The notes beneath the pieces are model-generated. The model did not search any database. It saw only the letters and a program-made list of their open reading frames with translations, and was not told the DNA's origin. A program made the translations under genes and the position numbers. From an uncultured Gammaproteobacteria bacterium (GTDB lineage: Bacteria; Patescibacteriota; Patescibacteriia; UBA9934; GWF2-40-263): DNA of 64,000 nucleotides. The stretch lies in the NCBI GenBank assembly GCA_964538435.1, contig CAZIDX010000004.1, positions 769-64,768 on the forward strand, given 5' to 3'. Positions 17,790-27,276 of this stretch are shown here, piece by piece; positions within the stretch are counted from its first letter, which is position 1, and each line of letters begins with the position of its first letter.

Positions 17790-18674
17790 TTAGTCAAGCA
17801 TCCCCCTGAGCTTTTTAATGCGATCTTCAATCGGTGGGTGAGTTGAGAAAAGTGATTCGAACTTTTTTGTCACATGTGGATCGAATGGGTTGGCAAGAAA
17901 CATGTGAGCGGTTGCATGATTGGCTTTGACAAGTGGTTTGTCATGCGTGGCGATTTTTTGCAGCGCGCTTGCGAGGCCTTCTGGGTATCGGGTGAGGAGG
18001 GAAGCAGAAGCGTCGGCAAGGTATTCACGTGAGCGCGAGACAGCAAGTTTAATCATTTGTGCAAACAGCGGTGAGAGCATGGCGAGCACGATCCCGATGA
18101 TGATGAGAGGCAAGGCTCCTTTGTTGTCTCGTCCACGTCCTCCAAAGATGAATGTGCGCATGAGAATGTCTGAGAGGAGCAGTACGACTCCGACAAGCAC
18201 AACGACAATCGTCATGACGCGAATGTCGTAGTTTTTTACGTGTGAGATTTCATGTGCGAGCACGCCTTCGAGTTCTTGCTTGGTCATGATTTGCATGAGG
18301 CCAGTTGTGACGGCAACGGAAGCGTGTTCTGGATCGCGGCCAGCAGCAAAGGCGTTTGGAGAAGGGTCGTTTATCACGTAGATTTTTGGTGTTTGTATTC
18401 CAGCGGTGATAGCAAGATTTTCTACCATGCGAAATAACTGTGGGTTGTCTTGCTTCTCGATTTCTTTTGCCCCTGCGGTTGCGAGTGCGACTTTATCGCC
18501 GCGGTAGTAACCGATGAGGTTCATGAGCGTTGCAATCATTACTGCGCCAATGAGTCCGTAGTTTCCGGTTTCGGTTGCCTGGCCAAACACCCAGCCTAGA
18601 AACACAATCATGACCGTGAAGATCACGATCAGGATCCATGTTTTGCGTTTGTTTGCGTCAATCTGTGAGTACAC
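17790..18674 (-). CDS. htpX: Zinc metalloprotease HtpX (M48)
   Basis: HEISHVKN HExxH motif, 4 TM, typical lemA-htpX pairing. Confidence 0.85.
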   Translation of the reverse strand: MYSQIDANKRKTWILIVIFTVMIVFLGWVFGQATETGNYGLIGAVMIATLMNLIGYYRGDKVALATAGAKEIEKQDNPQLFRMVENLAITAGIQTPKIYVINDPSPNAFAAGRDPEHASVAVTTGLMQIMTKQELEGVLAHEISHVKNYDIRVMTIVVVLVGVVLLLSDILMRTFIFGGRGRDNKGALPLIIIGIVLAMLSPLFAQMIKLAVSRSREYLADASASLLTRYPEGLASALQKIATHDKPLVKANHATAHMFLANPFDPHVTKKFESLFSTHPPIEDRIKKLRGMLD

Positions 18675-18679
18675 ACGCT

Positions 18680-19231
18680 TTAGAACTCAACGGTTGGGGC
18701 TTCGTTTGCAACATCTGGTGCATCAAAGAACTCTCGGTCTTTGAATCCGAACATGCCTGCAATGAGGTTGGTTGGGAAGACTTGGAGCTTGGTGTTGAAG
18801 TCGCGAACGTTTGAGTTGTAGAAGCGACGAGAGGCCTGAATCTTATCTTCAGCGTCTGTGAGTTCGTGCTGAAGGTTCAGGAAGTTTTGTGAAGCTTGAA
18901 GCTGCGGGTAGTTTTCTGATACAGCAAAGAGAGATTTGAGCGTGTCTGAGAGCATGTTCTCTGTTTGAGCTTGCTCCTTCATGTCCTTGGCTCCCATGGC
19001 TGCAGCGCGCGCCTCAGTCACTTTTGTGAATACACTGTCTTCGTGCTTGGCATAGCCTTTGACTGTGTTGACCAGGTTTGGAATGAGGTCGTATCGGCGC
19101 TTGAGTTGCACCTCGATATCAGACCATGCTTCTTCTACGCGATTGCGGGAGCGAATGAGTCCGTTGTATGTTAAAATGAGCCACACAATGACAACTCCGG
19201 CGATTATTACGAGTGCCCAGATGAGTTCCAT
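18680..19231 (-). CDS. lemA: LemA family protein
   Basis: ORF 18680..19294 (TTG); likely start MELIWALV at 19231; LIRSRNRVEEAWSDIEVQLKRRYDLIPNLV signature. Confidence 0.75.
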   Translation of the reverse strand: MELIWALVIIAGVVIVWLILTYNGLIRSRNRVEEAWSDIEVQLKRRYDLIPNLVNTVKGYAKHEDSVFTKVTEARAAAMGAKDMKEQAQTENMLSDTLKSLFAVSENYPQLQASQNFLNLQHELTDAEDKIQASRRFYNSNVRDFNTKLQVFPTNLIAGMFGFKDREFFDAPDVANEAPTVEF

Positions 19232-19299
19232 ATTTTTCTGAAAATTTAGGGAATTTACACCCATAATTGTACGTAAATTAATCATCTCAGTCAAAGTTT

Positions 19300-20673
19300 A
19301 TGAGCTTTCCAAAACACATCTTTAAAATGTATGACATTCGAGGGTTGGTAGATAGTGAAATTACCGATGATTTAGCGGAAAAAGTAGGTCGAGCGTATGC
19401 GAAAATGCGTCAGTCTGAGCTTTCTCCAGGAAAGCCTATGACAGTGGCTGTGGGTAGAGACATGAGAGAGAGTTCGATTCGGTATCAAAAGCAGGTTATG
19501 AGAGGTTTGGTTTTGGCTGGTGTGCGTGTGCTTGATATCGGTTTGGTGTCGACTCCAGCATTCTATTTTGGTGTGGGGCACACAGGGGCTGATGGAGGAA
19601 TCATGGTGTCAGCTTCGCATAATCCAGCTGCGTACAATGGGTTCAAGATTACACGTGAGATGGCGATCCCTGTGAGTGGCGATAGTGGGATCATGGAGAT
19701 TCGTGACATGGTGGACGCTGGGGCGTTTGATGATGCTGAGCAAGCTGGGTCGATTGAGATTGTTGAGGATATTCCAAAGCTGGCTGTAGAGGCAGAGCTT
19801 AACTATGCAGGTAAAGGTGATATCAAGAGATTCAAGATCGTGGCTGACACTGCAAACGGAATGGGAGCGCAGTACTTGGATGAGATGTTTGAGCATGTTG
19901 ATGCAGAGGTGGTGCGAATGTATTGGGATTTTGATGGGAGTTTTCCAAATCATGAGGCGGATCCTTTGAAGCCGGAGAACATCGTTGATCTTCAAAAGCG
20001 TGTTGTGGAAGAGGGGGCAGATCTTGGGATTGCGGTTGATGGGGATGGGGATCGGATTTTTTATGTAGACGAGAAAGGGAATCTTGTGAATCCAGCGATT
20101 GTGCGTGGGCTTTTGGGACAGATTGCACTTCGTGTATTTCCTGGGGCTACGATTTGTCGTGACATTCGGCCTGGGAAGATTACAACTGACATGATTTTAG
20201 AGTCTGGCGGCGTGCCATCTATTACTCGAGTTGGGCATTCGCTTATCAAAGAACAGATGCGCGAGGTTGACGCTGTTTTTGGAGGAGAGTCGTCTGGTCA
20301 TTTCTTTTATCGTTTTAATACAGGGGTGTATGAAGGGCCGGTTGTGGCTACGGTTCAGATTCTTCATGAGATCACTGCGCTTGGAAAGAAGGTCTCTGAG
20401 ATTGTTGAGCCACTTGATCGATATGTACATTCTGGGGAGATTAACTTTGTGGTGGAGGATAAGGATGCGACGGTTCAGAAAATCAAAGATGCTTTTGCTG
20501 ATGGAGAGCTTAGTGAGCTGGATGGGATCACGATTGCGTATGAGGACTTCTGGTTCAATGTGCGTGGATCCAATACTGAGCCAAAGCTGCGGCTGAATCT
20601 TGAAGCCGTAGATCAAGCGACCATGGAGGCAAAAAGAGACGAAATCATTGCACTTATTGAGCAAAAAGCCTAA
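19300..20673 (+). CDS. Phosphomannomutase/phosphoglucomutase (alpha-D-phosphohexomutase family)
   Basis: IFKMYDIRG N-terminus; active-site SASHNPAAYNGFK. Confidence 0.8.
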   Translation: MSFPKHIFKMYDIRGLVDSEITDDLAEKVGRAYAKMRQSELSPGKPMTVAVGRDMRESSIRYQKQVMRGLVLAGVRVLDIGLVSTPAFYFGVGHTGADGGIMVSASHNPAAYNGFKITREMAIPVSGDSGIMEIRDMVDAGAFDDAEQAGSIEIVEDIPKLAVEAELNYAGKGDIKRFKIVADTANGMGAQYLDEMFEHVDAEVVRMYWDFDGSFPNHEADPLKPENIVDLQKRVVEEGADLGIAVDGDGDRIFYVDEKGNLVNPAIVRGLLGQIALRVFPGATICRDIRPGKITTDMILESGGVPSITRVGHSLIKEQMREVDAVFGGESSGHFFYRFNTGVYEGPVVATVQILHEITALGKKVSEIVEPLDRYVHSGEINFVVEDKDATVQKIKDAFADGELSELDGITIAYEDFWFNVRGSNTEPKLRLNLEAVDQATMEAKRDEIIALIEQKA

Positions 20674-20685
20674 GCTAGAGCTTGT

Positions 20686-21879
20686 ATGAATGTATCAACA
20701 GACAAAAAACAGATTGAAAAGTTATTGAATCGTGGGGTGGAGCATGTGTATCCATCAAAGGATTTTCTCGAAGCCAGACTCCTTGAAGGCAAGCAGCTTT
20801 CGATTTATCTCGGGATTGATCCAACAGGACCAGATCTTCACATTGGCCACTCGATTCAGCTTCGCAGGTTGCGGATGTTCCAGGACTTGGGGCATAAGAT
20901 CATCATGCTTGTTGGAGATTTTACTGGCATGATTGGTGATCCAACTGATAAGTCGTCAGCGCGCGTGAAGCTTACGCGGGAGCAGGTATTGAAGAATGCT
21001 GAGAATTACAAAGCACAGGCCTCAAAGATATTGGATTTTGACGGAGAGAATCCGGTTGAGGTGAAATACAACAGTGAGTGGCTTGGCAAGATGAGTTTTG
21101 AAGATGTGGTTGAGCTTGCATCGAACTTTACAGTGCAACAGATGCTGGAGCGGGATATGTTTGATAATCGCATGAAGGAAGGTAAGCCTATTTACCTTCA
21201 TGAGTTTATGTATCCGCTCATGCAGGGTCAGGACTCAGTGGCTATGGATGTTGATGGTGAGGTGGGTGGAAATGATCAAGTGTTTAACATGCTTGCTGGG
21301 CGCACGCTCATGAAGGCTGTGAGTGGAAAAGAAAAGTTTGTGGTGGCAAGTAAGCTTCTTGAAGATCCGACTGGGAAGAAGATGGGGAAGAGTGAGGGGA
21401 ATATGATTCGCCTTTGTGACGCACCAGATGAGATGTTTGGGAAGATTATGAGCTGGACTGATGGCATGATTATGCCTGGGTTTGAGATTCTTACTGATGA
21501 GGATCTTGAAGCTGCTAAGAAAGAGAGTGAAGAGAATCCTCGTGGAGCAAAGGCTCGTCTTGCTAGCCTGATTGTTGCGTACTATCACGGAGAGGAAGAG
21601 GGGAAGGCAGCGGCAGGGCGGTTTGATCAGCTTTTTAAGAAGAAAGAAATTCCAGATGAGATTGATGAGGTGAAGATTAAAGGTTCGATGTCTGTTGTTG
21701 ATGTTTTGGTTGAGACCGGGCTTGTGAAATCTAAGTCAGAGGCTCGACGGACGATTGATGGAAAGGGTGTGAAGGTTGATGGGGAGGTGGTTGAAGGGTA
21801 TGAGCTTGAGATCGAGCCAACAGTAGATGGTGTTCTTATTCAAAAAGGAAAGCGGCACTTTGTGCGGGTGAAGGCTTGA
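20686..21879 (+). CDS. tyrS: Tyrosine--tRNA ligase
   Basis: DPTGPDLHIGH class-I motif, KMGKS, C-terminal S4-like domain. Confidence 0.85.
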   Translation: MNVSTDKKQIEKLLNRGVEHVYPSKDFLEARLLEGKQLSIYLGIDPTGPDLHIGHSIQLRRLRMFQDLGHKIIMLVGDFTGMIGDPTDKSSARVKLTREQVLKNAENYKAQASKILDFDGENPVEVKYNSEWLGKMSFEDVVELASNFTVQQMLERDMFDNRMKEGKPIYLHEFMYPLMQGQDSVAMDVDGEVGGNDQVFNMLAGRTLMKAVSGKEKFVVASKLLEDPTGKKMGKSEGNMIRLCDAPDEMFGKIMSWTDGMIMPGFEILTDEDLEAAKKESEENPRGAKARLASLIVAYYHGEEEGKAAAGRFDQLFKKKEIPDEIDEVKIKGSMSVVDVLVETGLVKSKSEARRTIDGKGVKVDGEVVEGYELEIEPTVDGVLIQKGKRHFVRVKA

Positions 21880-22013
21880 CAAAATTGATAAAAACTGGTA
21901 AAACGTGGGTATCTTGAATGTGGAACACGGTGTGAATCCGTGACTGTCTCTCTGCAACGGTATAACCCCCCAACCCATTAAGTCCGATCTTCATCCAAGT
22001 GCACCCCAAAAAT

Positions 22014-22035
22014 CGCCTCAGAGAGGGCGGTTTTT
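22014..22035 (+). terminator. Intrinsic terminator after tyrS (cgcctc-agaga-gggcgg + TTTTT)
   Basis: GC stem + T-run ~135 bp after stop. Confidence 0.5.
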
Positions 22036-22061
22036 ACTTTGAACGTTTTTTTGTGATGGTT

Positions 22062-22157
22062 GTGAGTTTGCTGCATGAGAACAGCGCGAGGCGGAGCCGG
22101 GCCGTCTCGCAGGATAGACGACCACCACCTCGCACTGTTCTCATGCAGCAAACTCAC
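22062..22157. repeat. Family-2 element, site 1: 30-bp near-perfect palindrome arms (gtgagtttgctgcatgagaacagcgcgagg / cctcgcactgttctcatgcagcaaactcac) enclosing conserved core
   Basis: Core 'ggcggagccgggccgtctcgcaggatagacgaccaccacctc' shared with 37303-37346; arms unrelated between sites. Confidence 0.65.
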
Positions 22158-22238
22158 ATGGTGATTGACGTTCTCTGTGGTTTGGGGTGGGTGTTGTCTT
22201 GCTAAATATGTTTGAAAACGTTATCATTTAGCTGATTT

Positions 22239-23354
22239 ATGGGAACAATTATACTTTTCATCCTTGTCTTGTCCCTCCTTGTTTTTGTGCATGAACTGGG
22301 GCATTTTTTCATGGCTCGGCGCATGGGAATGCGTGTTGAAGAATTTGGATTTGGATTTCCACCGAAAATTTTTGGTGTGAGGCGCGGAGCAACAGAATAC
22401 ACAGTGAATTGGATCCCGCTTGGTGGGTTTGTGAGGATCAAAGGTGAGTCTGGGGATCACAAGTTCGACAGTGACAGTTTTGCTTCAAAAAGTGCTTTGC
22501 AAAGGTTTGTTGTTTTGATTGCGGGAGTGGCTATGAACATTGCTCTTGCTGGAGTGCTTTTTTCAATCGGTTTCATGATTGGCTTACCGAGCGTGATTGA
22601 TGACACATTGTCTGCGAATGCTGTTGTAAGCGATGAGAACATTATGGTCATGAGTGTTCTTGAAGGCTCTCCTGCTGAGGAGGTTGGCATGACACCTGGT
22701 GATGAGCTTGTCTCGATTGATAATCGTGTTTTTGAAAATGATGCTCAAGTTTTTGAGTACATCACAGAGGATGCAGGTGAGAGTCTGAGTGTTGTTGTTG
22801 AGAAGGTTGATGAAGTAAAGATGACGTATGAGCTTAGCCCTGCATTTATTGAAGAGCTTGATAGAGAGGCTTTGGGAGTTGGGTTTGTTTCGACTGGGAC
22901 GGTTGCTTATCCTTTTTTCTCAGCCATTGGACATGGAATTACAACCACGGGATTGATAACATGGGAGGTGATTAAAGCGTTTTATGAGATTATTCGGAAC
23001 TTGATTGTGACGCAGGAGGTTGGCATTGAGATTTCTGGACCTGTTGGGATCGCTGTGATGACAGGGGAGGTTGCAGCGCTTGGCCTTGTGTATCTCATTC
23101 AGTTCACAGCCATTCTTTCAATCAACCTAGCGATCATTAATGCGTTTCCGTTCCCAGCGCTGGATGGAGGAAGGATCTTGTTCTTGTTTGTTGAGAAGAT
23201 TAGAGGGAAGGCGCTTGATGATCGTATCGAGAACGTGATTCACAATTCGGGGTTTCTTCTATTGATGCTACTCGTTGTTTTGGTGACTTACAGAGACTTC
23301 CTTACTTTTTCTGATCAAATTTTAGGCGCTATTAAAGGCGTAATTGGAGTGTAA
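22239..23354 (+). CDS. rseP: RIP metalloprotease RseP (site-2 protease, M50, PDZ)
   Basis: HELGHFFMARRMG HExxH in TM1; PDZ region; second TM block. Confidence 0.8.
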   Translation: MGTIILFILVLSLLVFVHELGHFFMARRMGMRVEEFGFGFPPKIFGVRRGATEYTVNWIPLGGFVRIKGESGDHKFDSDSFASKSALQRFVVLIAGVAMNIALAGVLFSIGFMIGLPSVIDDTLSANAVVSDENIMVMSVLEGSPAEEVGMTPGDELVSIDNRVFENDAQVFEYITEDAGESLSVVVEKVDEVKMTYELSPAFIEELDREALGVGFVSTGTVAYPFFSAIGHGITTTGLITWEVIKAFYEIIRNLIVTQEVGIEISGPVGIAVMTGEVAALGLVYLIQFTAILSINLAIINAFPFPALDGGRILFLFVEKIRGKALDDRIENVIHNSGFLLLMLLVVLVTYRDFLTFSDQILGAIKGVIGV

Positions 23355-23355
23355 T

Positions 23356-24387
23356 ATGAAAAATGATTTAGAGAGATTAAAAGATGAGTTTTTGGAGCTC
23401 GTAGATAAGGTTGCAGACAGAGCTCAGCTTGATGAGCTTAAAAATGAGTTTTTGGGACGCAAAGGAAAACTTAAGGGTCTTATGCGAGACATGGCTTCAC
23501 TTGCTGATGAAGAGCGTCGAGCGATTGGGAAGTTTGCAAACGAAGTGAAGGATGCGATTGAAGCGGTGTACACAGAAAAAGATACTGGTCTTAAAAAACA
23601 GGAGCGAAGCAGTGCCATGGAAAAAGAGTGGGTTGATATGACCCAGCCTTCGCTTAAGAAAAAGTCACAGGGCGCGCTTCATCCCGTAACTCAAGTGCAG
23701 CAGGATCTTGAGGATTTGTTTTCCTCAATGGGATTTGTGGTAGCAGACGGTCCTGAGCTTGAGAGTGATTTTTATAACTTTACTGCACTAAATATCCCTC
23801 CAACACATCCTGCGCGAGACATGCAGGACACGTTTTACATTAAGGGGCAGGATAATGTTGTGATGCGTACGCACACATCTCCTGTGCAAGTGCGCAGCAT
23901 GCGCAAGTGGGGAGTTCCACTTCGCGTGATTAGTCCTGGTAGGTGCTTTCGCAATGAAGCTACAGATGTTCGTCACGAGCACACGTTCCACCAGCTTGAA
24001 GGACTTGTAGTTGATAAGGGAATTACCATGGGTGATATGAAGGGTGTTCTTGAGGTGGTGGCCAAGCACTTGTATGGAGAGGAGACTGAGATTCGTCTTA
24101 GACCAAAGTTTTATCCGTTTGTGGAGCCTGGTGTGAATGGTGAAGTGACATGTTTCTTGTGTAAGGGGGAAGGTTGTCGGCTTTGCAAAAAAACAGGTTG
24201 GCTTGAGGTGTTTGGTGCCGGAATGGTTCATCCAAATGTTTTAAAAGAGGGCGGAATTGATCCAGAGAACTATTCTGGGTTTGCCTTTGGCTTTGGGCTT
24301 ACACGGCTTGTGATGCTCAAGTATGGCATTGATGATATTCGTCATCTTGAAAGTGGTGACCTTCGATTCTTAAAGCAGTTTTCATAG
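23356..24387 (+). CDS. pheS: Phenylalanine--tRNA ligase alpha subunit
   Basis: ORF from 23344 (TTG); ATG 23356 with GGAG RBS; FTALNIPPTHPARDMQDTFYI motif. Confidence 0.9.
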   Translation: MKNDLERLKDEFLELVDKVADRAQLDELKNEFLGRKGKLKGLMRDMASLADEERRAIGKFANEVKDAIEAVYTEKDTGLKKQERSSAMEKEWVDMTQPSLKKKSQGALHPVTQVQQDLEDLFSSMGFVVADGPELESDFYNFTALNIPPTHPARDMQDTFYIKGQDNVVMRTHTSPVQVRSMRKWGVPLRVISPGRCFRNEATDVRHEHTFHQLEGLVVDKGITMGDMKGVLEVVAKHLYGEETEIRLRPKFYPFVEPGVNGEVTCFLCKGEGCRLCKKTGWLEVFGAGMVHPNVLKEGGIDPENYSGFAFGFGLTRLVMLKYGIDDIRHLESGDLRFLKQFS

Positions 24388-24388
24388 T

Positions 24389-26821
24389 ATGCTGATATCA
24401 AAAAAATGGCTTGAGACCTTTGTTGAGATTCCAAAAGATTTGTCTGATGAGGATCTTGCAAAGAAGATCTCGCTTTCAACTGTTGAGGTTGAGGAGACAA
24501 TCGATCAAGCGCAATGCTTTGAGAATATTGTTACTGGTCAAATCACGAGCGTTGAAAAGCATCCAAATGCCGACAAGCTTCGGCTTTGTCAGGTTGATGT
24601 TGGAAAAAAGAACGTGCAGGTTGTGTGTGGTGGAGCTAATGTTGCAGAGGGAATGAATGTGGCCATGGCACTTGTTGGTTCAAAAGTGCGTTGGCATGGA
24701 GAGGGTGATTTGGTTGAGCTTAAGAAAACCAAGATTCGAGGAGAGGAGAGTGAAGGGATGATCTGTGCAAGTGCTGAGATTGGTCTTGTGCAAACAGAAG
24801 GCGATGATGAGATTCGGGATTTGGGGGATGTTGAGGCTCCGCTAGGAACACATTTGGCTGAAGCGCTTGGGATCAATGATGTTGTGTACGACATTGAGCA
24901 TAAGTCGCTTACGAATCGACCTGATCTCATGGGGCATTATGGAATGGCTCGAGAGGTTGCTGCACTTGTACAAAAAGATTTGAAGGCGTTTGAGCTAAAA
25001 GAGATTGTTCAAGGGAAGGGGGTTGCACTTGATGTCTCAGTGAAGGATGCGGCTGCTTGTCCTCGATACATGGCTGTTGCAATGGATGGGGTCAAGATCG
25101 AGTCTTCACCTGAATGGATGCAGCGCAGGCTTGAGGCTTGCGGTGTGCGACCGATTAATAATGTTGTTGATGTTACAAATTTTGTTTTGCTCGAGCTTGG
25201 GCAGCCAATGCATGCGTTTGATGCAGATGATCTTGGAGGAGATAAGGTGAAGATTGTTGTGCGCAGCGCAAAGAAGGGGGAGGAGATTGTCGCGCTCGAT
25301 GAGGAAACATACAAGCTTTATGGAGAAGACCTTCTTATTACAGATGGAAAGCGTGCGCTTGCGATTGCTGGTGTGATGGGGGGAGAAGGAAGTGGTGTAA
25401 CAGAGAAGACGACTCGTGTTGTGTTTGAGTCTGCGAATTTTGATCCAGTTGCAATTCGAAAAACATCCACAAAACTTGGGCTTCGCAGTGAGTCGTCTGC
25501 TCGTTTTGAAAAGTCGCTTGATCCACGCATGTGTAATCTGGCTCTTTGTCGTGCGGCTCAGCTCATGCAAGAGCTCTGTCCTGAGGCAAAGGTTTGCTCT
25601 GAGGTTGTTGATGTGAAGAAGGATCTTCCAAAGCCGCTTGAACTTACATTTACTGTTGATCAGGTTAATGCCTGTCTTGGTGCAGAGATTGGTGTGAAGG
25701 AGATGACTCAAATTCTTGAAAGGCTTGGGTTTGAGGTTGCAGAAAAGAAAGAAGAGCTTAAAGTGATCGTTCCAAGCTGGCGAGCAACAAAGGATGTTGA
25801 GATTAAGGAAGATGTGTTTGAGGAGATTGCTCGGATTTATGGATACGAGCGCATTGAGTCTACGCTTCCGACATTTGAAACAGAGCCTCCTTTTGTTGAT
25901 TCTGTGCGCATGCTTTCACGCACTGCACGTCAGGCTTTGGCTGTTGGTTGCGGAGGGGTGGAGACGTATCAATATGCGTTTGTGCGACCTGAGACATTGG
26001 TAGCGCTGGGGGAAACAGCAAAGGATCATATTGAGCTTGCAAATCCGCTTGCGGCTGATCGTCCGTATCTTGTTCGTTCTCTTGTTCCGAATTTGCTTGA
26101 GGTGGTGGTGCGCAATCAGCGCACAACAGATGAGGTGCGTGTGTTCCAGGTTGAGCGCGTGTTCCGTAAAGATGAGAAAGGGCTTGAGATGGGAGAGGGG
26201 AAGAGTCTTTTGCCAAATCAGCCTCATATGGTTTGCGCTGTGTATTCATGTAAGTGCACAGAAGAGCCGGTTTGGGAGGTAAAGGCCATGCTTGATAACA
26301 CACTTCGTTCGCTTGGGTTTAAGTATGAGCTGAAGACTTCAAAGAAAGTGGCTGATTGGCAGCATCCGCTTCGCGCAGCTGAGGTTGTTGTGTGTGACAC
26401 GGTGATTGGTGCTCTTGGTGAGATTGCACCTGAGAATTCAGAGAATTTAGGGCTTGATCATCGTGCAGCATTTTTTGAGCTTAATTTGGATGTGCTTGCA
26501 GGGCTTGATTCAGATGTGTGTGAGTACAAGACGGTTTCTGTGCATCCACACTCTGATCGAGACTTGGCGTTTGTTGTGGCAGAGCGTGCTCAGTACGGTC
26601 TTATTGAGAGTGCACTTGTGGGTGCGAGCTCACTTCTTGAGTCTGTGAAGCTTTTTGATGTGTATCGAGGAGATGGGGTTGAGGAAGAAAAGAAGTCTAT
26701 GGCAGTCCGCCTGCGCTTCCGTTCTAGTGAGAAGACGCTTGCTTCCGAGGAGGTGGATGCAGAGCTTGAGAAGATTCGGGGTGTGCTTGAGAAGGAATTT
26801 GATGCTACAATGAGATCGTAG
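24389..26821 (+). CDS. pheT: Phenylalanine--tRNA ligase beta subunit
   Basis: 810 aa; tRNA-binding N-domain, B3/4 and B5 regions; immediately follows pheS. Confidence 0.9.
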   Translation: MLISKKWLETFVEIPKDLSDEDLAKKISLSTVEVEETIDQAQCFENIVTGQITSVEKHPNADKLRLCQVDVGKKNVQVVCGGANVAEGMNVAMALVGSKVRWHGEGDLVELKKTKIRGEESEGMICASAEIGLVQTEGDDEIRDLGDVEAPLGTHLAEALGINDVVYDIEHKSLTNRPDLMGHYGMAREVAALVQKDLKAFELKEIVQGKGVALDVSVKDAAACPRYMAVAMDGVKIESSPEWMQRRLEACGVRPINNVVDVTNFVLLELGQPMHAFDADDLGGDKVKIVVRSAKKGEEIVALDEETYKLYGEDLLITDGKRALAIAGVMGGEGSGVTEKTTRVVFESANFDPVAIRKTSTKLGLRSESSARFEKSLDPRMCNLALCRAAQLMQELCPEAKVCSEVVDVKKDLPKPLELTFTVDQVNACLGAEIGVKEMTQILERLGFEVAEKKEELKVIVPSWRATKDVEIKEDVFEEIARIYGYERIESTLPTFETEPPFVDSVRMLSRTARQALAVGCGGVETYQYAFVRPETLVALGETAKDHIELANPLAADRPYLVRSLVPNLLEVVVRNQRTTDEVRVFQVERVFRKDEKGLEMGEGKSLLPNQPHMVCAVYSCKCTEEPVWEVKAMLDNTLRSLGFKYELKTSKKVADWQHPLRAAEVVVCDTVIGALGEIAPENSENLGLDHRAAFFELNLDVLAGLDSDVCEYKTVSVHPHSDRDLAFVVAERAQYGLIESALVGASSLLESVKLFDVYRGDGVEEEKKSMAVRLRFRSSEKTLASEEVDAELEKIRGVLEKEFDATMRS

Positions 26822-27246
26822 TGTGGAATTGGGAATCGGGAATCGGGAATTGAGAATATTAGTTCAGGATCAGAAATAAAGTCATTTCAAGATTTGGTTG
26901 TATGGCAAGAAGGCCACAAACTTGTAGTGAAGACCTATCAAATTACAAAAGTTTTTCCACCTGAAGAGCGATACGGCTTGTCAAATCAAATGCGGAGAGC
27001 TGCTGTTTCTATCACTTCAAATATTGCGGAAGGTTTTGGGAGGTTTACATATAAAGAAAAAATTCGATTCTATTCATTGTCGCACGGATCACTGACAGAG
27101 CTGCAAAATCATTTCTTGATTTCAAAAGATGTTGGTTTTCTTCAAGAGGGGGAACTGGATGAAATTTGGAATCAAACAATTCGTGTCAAGAAATTACTTA
27201 ACGGTCTTATCAGGTCTTCAAAAATGAGAATCTAATATTCTCAATT
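26822..27246. mobile_element. IR-flanked cassette: heptamer tandem repeat (gggaat[ct])x4 + perfect 15-bp inverted repeats (26848-26862 aattgagaatattag / 27232-27246 ctaatattctcaatt) enclosing a four-helix-bundle gene
   Basis: Perfect reverse-complement 15-mers flanking ORF; right IR overlaps stop codon; no transposase. Confidence 0.45.
26894..27235 (+). CDS. Four-helix-bundle protein of the 23S rRNA intervening-sequence (IVS) protein family
   Basis: 'FQDLVVWQEGHKLVVKTYQITKVFPPEERYGLSNQMRRAAVSITSNIAEGFGRFTYKEKIRFYSLSHGSLTELQNHFLIS' matches family signature; TTG start, frame open back to pheT stop. Confidence 0.7.
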   Translation: MVVWQEGHKLVVKTYQITKVFPPEERYGLSNQMRRAAVSITSNIAEGFGRFTYKEKIRFYSLSHGSLTELQNHFLISKDVGFLQEGELDEIWNQTIRVKKLLNGLIRSSKMRI

Positions 27247-27276
27247 CTCATTACTATATTCCAATCTCCTTTCTAT

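Noticed and set aside
25106-25711. 201-aa minus ORF inside pheT and similar ORFs inside dnaE (e.g. 28179..28658)
   Set aside because: Antisense shadows within well-supported housekeeping genes
26822-26862. Possible CRISPR array (gggaatc repeats) and Cas2-like gene at 3495-4028 as a CRISPR-Cas locus
   Set aside because: Heptamer array is only 4 units with no spacers; no cas1 or other cas genes; the Cas2-like domain is fused to a wHTH and better explained as PaaX/VapD-like
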